Positions 49,582 through 62,741 of a DNA stretch of 64,000 bases are shown here, in pieces (the first letter of the stretch is position 1; each line of letters starts with the position of its first letter). The notes beneath the pieces are model-generated. The model saw nothing but the letters and a program-made list of their open reading frames with translations. It had not been told where the DNA came from and ran no database searches. The DNA comes from Felis catus. Taxonomy: Eukaryota. Both the position numbers and the translations under genes were made by a program. The stretch lies in NCBI RefSeq assembly GCF_018350175.1, contig NC_058369.1:18540001-18604000 (forward strand), written 5' to 3'.

Positions 49582-52500
49582 ATTTTTACTGTAGTTGACA
49601 CACAGTGTTACATTAGTTTCTGTGGAAACTAATCACTGTTTACAACACAGTGATTGGATAACTGCAGTTCTAGATTATTTTCAAAGCCAGACTGACATTT
49701 GGGCACACACAGATATGTCTGTGACCTATTGAGCCAGTTCCTGGCGCTGATGCCATGCCTTAGGTGATCCTGGTAGGGCCTGCAAAATGGTGTTTCAGAG
49801 ATTGGCCGAAGTGAACCATGGAAGCCCTCTTGGTTTGGTAGTGATTTGGATAAGGATGTGGGGGGAATTTGGGGGTTAATTGAGGAAGCTGCAGGACCAA
49901 ATGGGAGGGGGATTAGAGAAGATGAACCCTGGAAAGGAGAGGGGAGGGAGAAGATAACAGTGAGCAGAGGAACTTTGTTAAGTTTGCTCTGTTAATTCCC
50001 AAGTTGGAGGAGATGGGAGGCCAGGGGGACAGCAAGGGTGGGATCTAGAAACCATTGTGGGGTCAAGTCGGCTAGGAGTAGGGATGGGAGACTTTGACCA
50101 GCCCTAAAATGATGGATTTATGGTGTAGATAGAGGTAGCTTCTGAACAGAAACTAAGGCAGTGAGGTTGGTCTAGGCCAGAGCTGAGGAATAGCGGAATC
50201 TGAAAGGCAGCGTTGGTGTGCTTTACCAGGGGAGCAAGTTAAAACCCTTCAGGCTGTGAGAGTCAGGAAAATCGGCAGTGGAAGGAGTAATGCCTGGAGG
50301 AGACGTGGGGATTTTTGGTTCCCCAGTTAAAAATAAACAATTTATCTCTGAGAACTGGTTGAGAGATGGATAAAGGAGCCACACAGGTGGCTGCAACATC
50401 AGCTTAATAACTAACAACTGTTGGAGAGCATAGCACCAGGGGAGTGGCCACTGGGGGTTCCTCATGCCGAACCCCAGAATTGGAGGTACCCACCTAGTTG
50501 GCTGTGGGGCTAACCTCTGTGTTCACCCTTCCTGTCTTTCTTTCTACATGTTCTGCTTTACACAGTCTTCAAACTCTTCCAGGGTTGGTTTGGTTTTATG
50601 ATTATTTCATCTTTTGTTTGTTTGTTTGTTTGGAGAGAGAGAGAGGGAATATCTTAAGCAGGCTCCATGTTCAGCACGGGGCTTGACTGGGAGCTTGACA
50701 TGGGGCTCAGTCTTAACGACCATGATAAGCTCATGACCTGAGCCCAAATCAAGAGTCAGATACTTAACTGAGCCACCCAGGCGCACCTGTTTACTTCATC
50801 TTATTGTTATTTATTTTTTTTTTTGCATTTTTGCAAATTCTTTAATATCTGGCTTGTAGAAGACAGCTGGATTTTTATATTGTTTCTGCATTCATTCTGT
50901 TGCAGTATCACTTTACCTTATTAAAACTATATATGTATGTGTGTATATATATATATATATGTATATTTATGTATATGTATACATATGTGTATGTGTATAA
51001 TATACGTACGTATACTTAAAGTAGGCTCCACACCCAAGGTGGGGCTTGAACTCAAGACCTCGACATCAAGAGTTCTACCAACTGAGTCAGCCAGGTGCCC
51101 CTAAAAATATTCTATTAACCTTTTTTTTAAACTTTACTAGTGTAAAATAAAACAAAAATAGAGAAAACAACCTCTCCCCCCCGAAAAAAAAATATAGCTT
51201 AGTGAATTATAAGGTTAAGAAATAGAGCTTTGCTGGCCCTACCAGAGACCTCTTGGTGGGTCCCATCCCTGCTACAGCCCTCCGTTTCCTACCTTCCAAA
51301 GGTGACCCCCAACCTGTTTTTTTGTATCCATTTCCTTACATTTATTTTTGGTTTTATCTTCCACATGTGTATCCTTAGGCACTGTAGTTTAGTTTAATTT
51401 TATCTTTTCTTTTTTTTTAAGTAAGCTCCACACCCAGCATGGGGCTTGAACTCACAACCCTGAGATCAAGAGTTGCATGCTCAACTGACTGAGCCAGCCA
51501 GGTGCCCCAGTTTTGACCATTTTTAAAACTTGGTATGTCTTCTAAGTTTCTTTAATCTACAGATTCCCCCTCTATCCCCTTTCCTTGCAATTATCTGCTG
51601 AAAACCCTGGACACTTAAATTTGTGGAGTCTTCCCACAGTCCAAATTTTTGTTTAAGTTTTTTTTTTTTAATTTGTTTTTAATGTTTATTTATTTTTGAG
51701 AGAGTGTGAGCGAGAGCACGCACAAGTGGAGGAAGGGCAGAGAGAGAGGGAGACACAGAATCCAAAGCAGGCTCCAGGCCTCTGGCTCCCAGCTGTCAGC
51801 ACAGAGCCCGATGCAGGGCCCAAACTCATGAACTGTGAGATCATGACCTGAGCCAAAGTTGGACGCTTAACTGACTGAGCCACCTAGGTGCCCCTCCCAC
51901 AGTCCAAATTTAGCAGATGGTGTCTCAGGGTGCAGGCCACCCATGCTCTTCTTTGCACTTCCTGTGAATCGATGACTGGATCCAAAGGCCGATCAGCCTC
52001 AGGTTTGGACCTTTGGCATGGCTGGAGGGCTGCTTTCCTCTTGTTCCACATTGCTCATTGCTGGTACCCAGAGCACCACTTCTGTGGGAGGACGAGGGCC
52101 TGAGGAGAGGCCAGGCCCAGCCCAGCCTCTCACTGGCTCTGTAGTCCTTGTCAAACCAGTCTCTCCAGAACCCATGTGACAGGTGTTGCAAGAGGAAGAG
52201 CCTGATGTCTCCTCTGGCTTAATTCACCAAAGTGGACTCACAGCAACATCCACCTCTCAGGCCCTCCCTTCCCTCTAACTCCCAATGTTCCTGCCTTTCC
52301 CTGTCTGTCCATCATTTTATCCCCTATTTTCAACTTTCCTTCCTTCCTTTCCCCCTTTGTTTATATGGTGTTCTGATGGGAAAAGAGCTGTTTGAGCTGA
52401 GGAGAGGGAATCTCATACTATTTGCTCACCGTCTGGGGGACTGTGGAAACCTCTGTTTACTCATCTGTAAAATGAAGGTGTTGATCCTGATGATTTAAAT

Positions 52501-53894
52501 GGTTGCCTCATACTCTGTCCCATGAGTGTTGTGTTTTACAAATTTTCTCTGTGTTTGAAAGCTGTTTCAGAGGATTTTCTTCTTGTGGGGCACAGCCCCA
52601 GTGGTAAGGAAATGGAAAAATCTGGGTAGGGCATAGAGAGCAGCCAGAATCCCGTCTTTTCCTCATATCTGTGCCATTGGGCCAGTGGGCCGGGGGAACA
52701 GTGGAAGGCTCTGTGGGCTGTGGTCGTGGCCTCACATGCTGGTATCAAGCTCTGGGTACAGAAACCTGCCTTTCAGAAGAGGGAAGTGTGCCAGCTGCCA
52801 GTGCTGCAACTGTGCCGGTAGGTGGCTAAAGCTGTGGGCGTGTGGAGGGCCAGAGATTGTTTCATTGTGAGACTAGGCGTAAGCTCCAGGCCCAGGAACT
52901 TGTCAGCTGGCCCTGGCTTTCTCGTTTGCAGGCCCCACTCAGCTTCCCTCAGAATTTGATGGGCAGCCCAAGCCTATGTTTGATGCGGGGGCGACTCTGT
53001 GCTCACCTCAGAGACAGCAGCTGCCTGATCCACCTTTGCTGTGAGGATCTGGAGGTAAAGGGCTGTACTAGTGGCTGGCCTACACCTTTGTATATACTGA
53101 GCTCATTGCCCTTCAAGTGGGAATTGCTACTGAGGAAAGGTATCATGTACCGTCCTGGGGTTTATCTGGCCTTTCCCTAGTGCTGAGACACTTAGCATGT
53201 ACATGTCGTGTTTTGTTTGTGGTGTTACTATTTCACACATTTAAAATTTCGTTTATGTTATACTGCATTTCAAAGCCAAATAAATTCAGATTTTTGTGTT
53301 GTTCTGTCCACTAAGATTGCTTAGGCCTAAGGAAGTAGACCAGGTTTTGTTTTCTTGTTTTGAATCCCAAGTTTTCTGAGAGTTTGTCCTTTTGGGAGGA
53401 GAACGTAAGGAATTCCAGTCAGGGAGGTGTGGGCTGTGCTGGAGGAAGGGCCGCAGAGGCTGCCTAGCAGTGCTCAGGAGCTGCCCATGGGAGTGGGTGT
53501 CAGGCAGCCAGCAGCAGGCATGGCAGTGAGGGGAATGCCGAATCTCCTGTATGAGTGATCTTTACTATTACATTTAAAAATGGAATTATTCATGTTTTGG
53601 TGAGGGCATAATTATGGCTACTTGCTTAGGGTGGTAAAGCAGGAGTTAAAGCCATGTTTCCTAGTGCTGGCTGCTCTGTTGGTGTTTGCTATCTATGATC
53701 AGCTAGCAGTAAAAGTAGTTAGGAGACCCTGCTTTCCCCTGAGGTGTCAGCAGGTAGCAGGCGCTGGCCAATTTATCCTAGGCCAGAGCTGAATTTTCTC
53801 ATTCTTGAGTCTTTGAAAATACATTCTTTTATAGATAAAGCTGTTTCACTGAATCACCTGGTAACTAGTAGCATTTAATTTTTTTTGATGTCAC

Positions 53895-54600
53895 CAATTT
53901 TTTTTAAATTGAAGCATTATTTATACATGTAGCAAAATGCATAAATCATAGATGTACAACTCAACACATTTTTACGTACTGTATACGCCACTGAGATCAA
54001 GATCTAGAACATTTCCAGAAGGTTCCATCGTGCCTTTCCCCAATCAGCATCTCCCCCAAAGTAACCACTCTTCTTTTGTTTTGTTTTAAGGTTTATTTAT
54101 TTTGAGAGAGCGCAGGCAAGCAAGGGAGGGGCAGAGAGGGAGACAGAGAATCCCAAGCAGGCTCCACGTTGTCAGGGCATAGCTCCATACGGGGCTCAAC
54201 CCGCGAACCAGGAGATCATGATCTGAGCCGAAATCAAGAGATGCTCAACAGATTGAGCCACCCAGGTGCCCCTTCCCTAAAGTAACCACTCTTCTAACCT
54301 CTGTCCTTAAGCTTAGTTTTCCTGCTCTTGATCTTCATGTAAGTGGAATGATAGAACGTGTGCGTACTGTCATTTGTTTTTTTTTCTTGCTAAACATTAG
54401 GTCTGTGGCGTCTGTGTGGTTCTATACAGCATTTTGTTCTCTTTTGTCGTATAGTATTTCACACGAATATATCACAGTTTACTGCTTTTCCTGTTGGTAA
54501 ACATTTGGGCTGTGTCTAGTTTTTGACATCCTGAATAATACTGATGTAAATGTTCTTGTTCCTGTCTTCTGTTGGTATATACTAAGAATGAGTTGTGGAT
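53895..54600 (-). mobile_element. Old L1M 3' end relic with inserted SINEC
   Basis: aaatgcataaatc..gatcaagatctagaacatttcc; ccaaagtaaccactcttct duplicated around the SINE. Confidence 0.75.
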
Positions 54601-56714
54601 ATATTTGATGTTTTAATAACTGGGGATTTTGTTTATATGCCTCTTGTTGTATTTTATTTTTGATCTTTTTATTATGGGGAATTTCAAGTACACTCTTAAT
54701 GACTAGCTTAGTGACTAGCGTAGCATAATATTCACGTTTCTAACTTTTGCCCCACCTCACATAATTTTGAAGCAAGTCTCAGATATCCGGTCATTTCATC
54801 CCTCAGTAGTTTGGTGTCTGGCTCTAGAAGATAACGTAACCATAGCATCTGCTAAAGGGCTTCGTGTTCCTTCTTTCTGGTCCTGGTGTTTTTCTCCAGG
54901 GTTTGTATCATGGTCCTCATGGTGGGGTGTGGCTCCCAGTTCCTGTTACTCCTCATCCTGGTGAAGTTGCCTAGGTCAGTTGGTTTTTCCAGGCAGCCTT
55001 CGAACCAAGAACTAGCATGATAGAGAGTTGGGAAGGTCATCTTAGGAGTTTGGAATGTCAGTCACGGTTCTGGGTACCACTTTCTGTTGGGTTAATTATC
55101 CACATGTATAACTTAGGCAGATCTGAGAGAAAGAGGAGAGTGGAGTAGTGAGTACTTCTGTAGTTAGGCGCATGACTGCCTGTCCCAGATGGCTGCATTG
55201 GCCTGGGATAGATGGCTCTTTCCCCAGGGCCCCAAGAGAGGAGGGTGCTACCTCCAGGACAGCTGGTCTCCAGCATTCCTGTCAGGCCCCGCCCTTCAGT
55301 TGAAGGACAGCAGGCATCAAACTTAGATTTGGAAGTAACGATTAGAGAAAGTTAGTGTTTTTCAGAACAGTGAAACTACAGTATGAAGGTTAGACTCGGG
55401 AGCCCCAAAATACTCTCTAGCTTCCCTCTCCTCTCCTTGTGTTCAGCAGTTATGCCTGTGTTTCCCTGCTCTGACCCTGGAGTTGTTCTGGGGTGGGCTC
55501 AGGAGGTACCCTTGTCTGGAGGGCTGGTCCAGGGAAGAAACAATGGGAGCAAAGAACACCACAGATACCTTATTATTTGGAGTCATTCGCCCATAAATTC
55601 TCCATAGCAATTTTCCTCTGAGGTAGTCAAGTTTGACTAGAAAAACATAGCACCATGTTTTGATTCATTAGTCATCTAGATGCTCACCCTCCCATACTGT
55701 TGCACTGGCTGACCGTGAAGTACCACTACTCCCAGTTTGAGTTTATGACACCTGCTACCCACCGTGCCCAATAGTCAAGGAATACGAGAGGGACAAATTG
55801 CTTTCTCATGCTGTTTCAACCTGTCCCATTCTCCTTCCTCTTCCTTCTTATGTTGTTAATGAAGGAGTTTGCCAATAACTTAGTTTTAGGGAAAGTGAGG
55901 GAAAAGTCACTTCTATCTTTAGGTGGGAATGTAAATTGAAGGCATTTTGCCAATATCTGTCAGTTCTAATGTATGTAACTTTTGACCCAGTAATTTCACA
56001 TCTAGAATTTTATGCTCAGATTTCCTCCCAGAAGAATGCAACTATGAGAGTCAGAGCACCCTTGAGAGCAAAAGAGGCAGGATACTTAGACACTTAAATG
56101 TGCCACAAGCAGCAAGGGTGAGTGTGAGGTGGGTCCAGCCACTGGGGCTGAGGTCTCCCAGTTCTAGTAAATTTGAAAAGTAACAATTATGAAATATGTG
56201 ATTCCATTTGAGCTTTAAGAATGAATTAAAGAGAGATGTACTTGTGTATGGGTTTAGAGACAAATTAGATGTGTCATTTGTGGATAGCTGCTGAGGAAAC
56301 CCAGCCTGCTCACCTGAGGCTGGGAAGGAAGCCTGCTTTTCACTTTTGTCCTGTTGTATTATTAGAATTTGTTTTACCCCCATAGGAATTACTTGTATTG
56401 CATTAAGCCCAAAGGTAAGGACCAGACAGCTGATGGCATCTTTGTGAGCTTGCCATGTATCTTCTGGATTGTGATCGGGAATTGTTAGTAGGGAATATGA
56501 CTGAGAAACACTGGGTTAAGCCTGCCCAGACCTTGCGTTTAGCTCTGGGACCTCTGAACTTGGTGATGGTCTGGTTGGGGTTTTTTTCCTCCAGGAGGGA
56601 AGGCTCCTGGGAAGGAAAGATGAAACTATTTTTAATCTTAAGCAAACATAACCCAGTGTAGTAATTGCAGGCCCCAGTGTGACATTTTCTTCCATTATAA
56701 CCCAAGTCACTTTT

Positions 56715-56881
56715 AAATTTTTTTTTTTTTCAACGTTTATTTATTTTTGGGACAGAGAGAGACAGAGCATGAACGGGGGAGGGGCAGAGAGAGAGGGAGA
56801 CACAGAATCGGAAACAGGCTCCAGGCTCTGAGCCATCAGCCCAGAGCCCGACGCGGGGCTCGAACTCACAGACCGCAAGAT
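56715..56881 (-). mobile_element. 5'-truncated young SINEC_Fc
   Basis: TSD ccaagtc(a/g)ctttt; lacks tRNA-like head. Confidence 0.9.
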
Positions 56882-57429
56882 CCAAGTCGCTTTTAAAACA
56901 AAGTCCTTTTTTGTGTTATTTTGTGTTGTAGTGTTTCTGGAAGAAAATGCTTTTAAGATACCTTTATTTCCTCTTAACAAACGTGGACGGCTTGGGGACC
57001 TGGTGGGATATGTGTTTTGAATCATGCAGTCTGGGCATTTGGTGCCTGGACTCTGGAATGCTAGTGGGCAGGGTGCTAGGGTGTAAAGTAAGTGGTGGGG
57101 TTAGGGTTTCATAGGTTGTCACAGTTTATAGAGCTCATCTGCAGACTTCTGCATCTCTTCTGCACCACAACTGTTGGTGAATATTGCTGCTTTGCCAGGG
57201 AAGAACTGAGGTCTTGAGAGGGGAGGTGGAACATGCACCACATTCCTTTTTCTTACCACTTATTGTCTATCCATTTCACGTGGATATATTTCTGTAACAT
57301 TTATGTATGTACGTATGTATGTACGTTTGTTTATTTAGTTAAGTCTCTACATCCAGCATGGGACTCGAGCTCACAACCCTGAGATCACGAGTCGTATGTT
57401 CTTTGGATGTGAGCCAGCCAGGTACCCCT

Positions 57430-58136
57430 AACTTTCAAATTTTGGTATAATTTCAGACTTACAGAAAAATTGCAAGAATAGTATTAGGAACACCTAAAAA
57501 CGCTTTCCTTTGAATCGCCATTTGTTTATATTTTGCCTTGTTAGCTTTATTGTTGTTCCCTCCGTTTTCTATCTATACATTTTTTTTCCTGAACCATTTG
57601 TATGATTGGCAAATGTCACATCCCTTTACTCCAAAATTCTTTTTTTACTCCGAAATTTATTTTTTTATTTTATTTTTTTTTTACATTTATTTATTTTTGA
57701 GAGACAGGGACAGAGAGCACAAGTTGGGGAGGAGCAGAGATAGAAGGAGGCACAGAATCCGAAACAGGCTTCAGGCTCTGAACTGTCAGCACAGAGTCCG
57801 ATGCAGGGCTCAAACTCATAAACTGTGAGATCATGACCTGAGCCAAAGTCGGATGCTTAACCGACTGAGCCACCCAGGTGCCCCACTCCGAAATTCTTAA
57901 TTATGTATTTCCTAGGAATAAGGACATTCTCTTACTACAGATGATCTGTCAAAATCAGCACATGTAAGGGGCACCTGAATGGTTCAGTCGGTTACATGTC
58001 TGACTTCAGCTTGGGTCATGATCTCCTGACTTGTGAGTTCGAGCCCTGGTTTGGGCTCTGTGCTGACAGCTCAGAGTCTGAAGCCTGCTTCTGATTCTGT
58101 GTCTCCCTCTCTCAGCCCCTCCCTTGCTCATGCGCG

Positions 58137-58193
<57 letters not shown>

Positions 58194-61100
58194 ACTCACT
58201 CACTCACTCACTCAAAACTAGATAGACATTAAGAAAAAATCAGGACATTTAAGGGGCGCCTGGATGACTCATTTGGTTAAACACCCAACTCTTGATCTTG
58301 GCTCAGGTCATGATCTCATGGTTTGTGAGTTCAAGCCCTGTTTTGGGCTCTGATGGCATAGAACCTGCTTGGGATTCTATCTCTCCCTCTCTCTCTGCCC
58401 CTCACTTGCTTTGTTCTCTCTTTCTCTGTCTCTCTCTGCCTCTTTCTAAATAAATAAATAAACAAACAAACAAACAAACAAACCTAAAAAAGATTAAAAA
58501 AAAAATTAGGACATTTAACATTGGTGTACCTATTTTATAGTCCGTATTCAGATTTCCAAAGTTGTTTTAGTAGTACCTTTGATTGTCCCATATGAGTAGG
58601 TATGAGATGCAGCTAGGTTTTTTTGTTTTTTGTTTTTTTTTTTTTTTAGATTCTCAAGTTAGTTAACATGCAGTGTAGTCTTGGCTTCAGGAGTAGAACC
58701 CAGTGATTCATCACTTACATATAACACCCAGTGCTCATCCCAAAAGGTGCCCTCCTTAGTATCTATCACCCATTTAACCTACCCCCATCAACCCTCAGTT
58801 TGTTCTCTGTATTTAAGAGTCTCTTATGGTTTGCCTCCCTCTGTTTTTATCTTATTTTTCTTCCCTTCCCCTATGTTCATCTTTAAGTTTCTCAAATTCC
58901 ACATATGAGTGAAATCATATGACATCTGTCTTTCTCTGACTTATTTTGCTTAGCATAATATTCTCCAGTTCCATCCATATTGTTGCAGATGGCAAGATTT
59001 CATTCTTTTTCATCTCCAAGTAGTATTCCATTGCATATATATATATATATATATATATATCTTTAAAAAAATTTTTTTCAATATATGAAATTTATTGTCA
59101 AATTGGTTTCCATACAACACCCAGTGCTCATCCCAAAAGGTGCCCTCCTCAATACCCATCACCCACCCCCCATCAACCTTCAGTTTGTTCTCAGTTTTTA
59201 AGAGTCTCTTATGTTTTGGCTTTCTCCCACTCTAACCTCTTTTTATTTATTTATTTTATTTTTATTTTTTATTTATTTATTTTTTAACGTTTATTTTTGA
59301 GACAGAGAGAGAGCATGAATGGGGGAGGGTCAGAGAGAGGGAGACACAGAATCTGAAACAGGCTCCAGGCTCTGAGCTTTCAGCACAGAGCCCGACGCGG
59401 GGCTCGAACTCACGGACCGTGAAATCATGACCTGAGCCGAAGTCGGCCGCTTAACCGACTGAGCCACCCAGGCGCCCCTCTAACCTCTTTTTAAAAAAAA
59501 TATTTTTTTAATGTTTATTTTTGAGAGAGACAGTGTGAGTGGGAGAGGGGCAGAGAAAGAGGGAGACAAAGAATTTGGAGCAGGCTCCAGGCTTGGAGCT
59601 GTCAGCACAGAGGCTGACATGGGTCTTGAACCCACAAACTGTGAGATCATGACTTGAGTTGAATTCGGACTGAGCCACTTGGGCGCCCCTATCCCGCATC
59701 TTCTTTTTTTTTCTTAATTTTTTTTTTAATGTTTATTTATTTTTGAGAGACAGAGCATGAGCAGGAGAGGGCGGAGAGGGAGACCCAGAATATGAAGCAG
59801 GCTCTAGGCTCTGAGCTGTCAGCACAGAGCCTGATGCGGGGCTCTAACTCACGAGCCGTGAGATTATGACCTGAGCCGAAGTCGGACGCTCAACCGACTG
59901 AGCCACTCAGGCACCCCTATACCACATCTTCTTAATCCATTCATTGGTTGATGGACATCTGGGCTCTTTCCATAATTTGGCTTTTGTTGATAGTGCTGCT
60001 ATAAACATTGGGGTGCATGTGCCCCTTTGAATCAGCATTTTTGTATTTATCCTTTGGATAAATTCCTGGTAGTGTGATTTTTGGGTCGGAGGGTAGTTCT
60101 ATTTTTAATTATTTGAGGAACCTCCACACTGTTTTCCAGAGTGGCTATGCCAGTTTGCATTCCTGCCAACAGTGCAATAAAGTTCCCCTTTCTCCACATC
60201 CTTACCAACATCTGTTGTTTCCTGTGTTGTTAATTTTAACCATTCTTTTTTTTAAAATATAATTTATTGTCAAATTGGTTTCCCTTTTTTTTAATTTATT
60301 TATAATTTTAACCATTCTGACCAGTGTGAGGTGGTATCTCATTGTGGTTTGAGATACAGCTTGTTTTGATGATCACCTCTGGTTAAGGATGTACCTGGCA
60401 GTTTTCTCTACTGTAAAGTTGCTGTTTTTCCCTTTGCCATTAATAAGTAATTTATGGTGGGACACTTTGAGACTGTGTAGATATTCTCTTCTTCATTGGA
60501 CTTTGACCTCCTACTTTCAGGATCCATTGATGCTTCTAAGGTCATTCCTTCTGTATTGGTGTCATTTATTCTAGAAGAGCTCCCCCCCGCCATATATTTA
60601 TTCATTGGTTATTTGGTTTATTAGTTCATATGGGTAACTTACTGTGATTCTTTTCATTATTTATTTTGATGTCCAGATTGTCCCAGGTTTGGTTATGGGA
60701 GTCTCTTCAGGCTGGCTCTTATGTTCTATTTATGTATGTATGTATGTATGTATGTATGTATGTATGTATGTATGTATGAGAGAGAGAGAGCAGAGGAGGG
60801 GCAGAGAGAGAGTGGGGGACAGAGAATCCCAAGCAGGCCCTGCGCTGACAGCAGAGCTGGATGCAGGGCTAGAACTCACAAACTGTGAGATCGTGACCTG
60901 AGCCAAAGTTGGATACGTAACCGACTGAGACACCTAGGTGCCCCTCTTGTGTTCTTTTGACATGTCTCCATCATTGTTTGAGTACTCTCTGACTTGCTGA
61001 TGCAACAAGATGTTCCAGCCTCCTTACCCTAGCTTCATATCAACCCTTTCCACTAGAAGCCTTGGTGCCTTTTAGTTGAAACCAAAATATAGATGCATGG
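57430..61100 (-). mobile_element. Old L1MC-type relic hosting a carnivore L1 3' end (~58620-60350), a younger L1 tail fragment (~59075-59240) and many SINECs
   Basis: ggtataatttcagacttacagaaaaattgcaagaatagta; aacacccagtgctcatcccaaaaggtgccctcc; tttgaggaacctccacactgttttccagagtggct. Confidence 0.8.
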
Positions 61101-62009
61101 TACATCTTTTTATTTACGGAAAGTCTTCTAAAACTAATTTAATACTCAGTTACTTATCATGTTGCAGTTGAATAAAAGAGTTTCATGAATGTCCAGTTTT
61201 TGATTTTTGTTATAAGTGGAGTAAGTGAACAAGAGTAAGATGGACTTTAGCAACAAGAGAAGGCCCTCTCTGCTCAAAAATAATTTATTACTACTTAATT
61301 GGTAGGGAAATTGTTAGAACCATTGAACTGATCTCTAAAGAGGAAGGATATACCTGGGTGTCGATACCAGGGACCCTAGAATCCAGCTCCCCAGGCAGTG
61401 CCCATGACTGTTGTCAGAGCTCTGAAGTGATGGTGCAGTGTCTCTTGAAGTGGTAGAGCACATGTACCTTGTGTTTCCTGTGGTCTTTGACATAATTCTC
61501 TCCCAGGCAGGTACAAGTGTCATGGGAAGACATGGGTTTGACCTGTGTCGTCCCTATGCCATCATTGGACTATGTGGGCGAATCAAATCTGAGAATTTAA
61601 TGAGGGCTGAGTTTGGCAGGTTTTCTGAGGAAGTAACATTTGGGGGTCTAGGAGGTGGAGGGTGAGAGGAAGCTAGGAAAAACTCCACTAAGCGAACACT
61701 TATGAGTACTTCTTTTTGTGCCAGGCAGTGAGGGTGGACCTGATCCATGGGCAGCTGTCATGAGCTGCCTGGAATACCAGAGCCATGTGATGGCAGTTGT
61801 GGCTTGGGCATTTTAATCTGATGAACTGGGTCTTGGGTGCTGGCTTTGCCTCTTATTGTCTGTGGATTTCCATTTTTTTCATATCACAAAGGAGACGTTA
61901 GCTGTTCAGTAGGGTCGGTATGAGGATCCAGGGTCACGTGTCAGTCTTCAGGTGTTGCAGCATCCAGAACACAACACTCCTCATTATTGAGGAGTTGAGT
62001 GCAGGGTAA

Positions 62010-62225
62010 ACCATAGTAATTAAAAGAGGCAGTCTTTATAGAGTGCTTCGTCTGTGCAGGCACTGGGCTGAGACCTGATGTATCGCCCTCAGTTCATCCT
62101 GACCGTGGCAAGTCAGTGACAGCATGGTCCCCATTTCACTGATGAGAAAACAAGCCTAGGTAGCACCTGGAGGTCCGTTCAAAAGCTTGGGCTCATGCCA
62201 CAGAATCAGAGTGGAGCCAGACACT
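62010..62225 (-). mobile_element. MIR relic
   Basis: gagtgctt..tctgtgcaggcactgggct...ccccatttcactgatgagaaaac. Confidence 0.7.
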
Positions 62226-62599
62226 GCTGCAGCCTCTGAGAGCTAGAGGAAGACTGGGGTCAAGGAGACTGGAGAGAGAACAACTCCAGTACCACTCCTG
62301 GGTGTTCACTGTGGTACTAGGACTACCTCTGAGCAGCATTGATTTGTGAGGGGGCCAGGACATATGGGAAAAACTTTGTAGAGGTTCTGGAATTGTAGGT
62401 CTGAGGCCCCAGTGAGAATTTCAGTACTGCAGTCCTTGCCCTCATCAGGATTGTTCAGATGTGGTGGGTCGAGGGTAAGTTCCTACGTTTCCGCGTCCTC
62501 TTCCTCAGCTGCAGCAGTTTCTAGTTCCTTCAGTATCTTGTGGTTTGGGCCCCAAGCCATACAGTCCACATCCTCTGTTCTATTTCAGAGCTGCTGTGT

Positions 62600-62741
62600 C
62601 TTTAGAGCAAGGTTTACAGTAGGTTGGAATCTATACCCCTAGTCAGTGACATCAGAATCTTTGGAGTGGGACCCAGGCATTAGTTTTCTAAGTCTCCTGG
62701 CCAGGTGATTTTAGTGTGCAGCCAAGGTCTAGAGCCACTGC
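62600..62741. mobile_element. MER5-type DNA transposon relic
   Basis: atcagaatctttggagtgggacccaggcatt...ccaggtgattttagtgtgcagccaaggtctagagccactg. Confidence 0.7.

Noticed and set aside
7232..60945. Dozens of tRNA-like heads (gggcgcctgggtggctcagtcggtt) and recurring short ORFs such as MAQSVK.. and GAPGWRSRLS..
   Set aside because: tRNA-derived SINEC repeats, not tRNA genes or a protein family; dispersed and irregular, so not a CRISPR-like array
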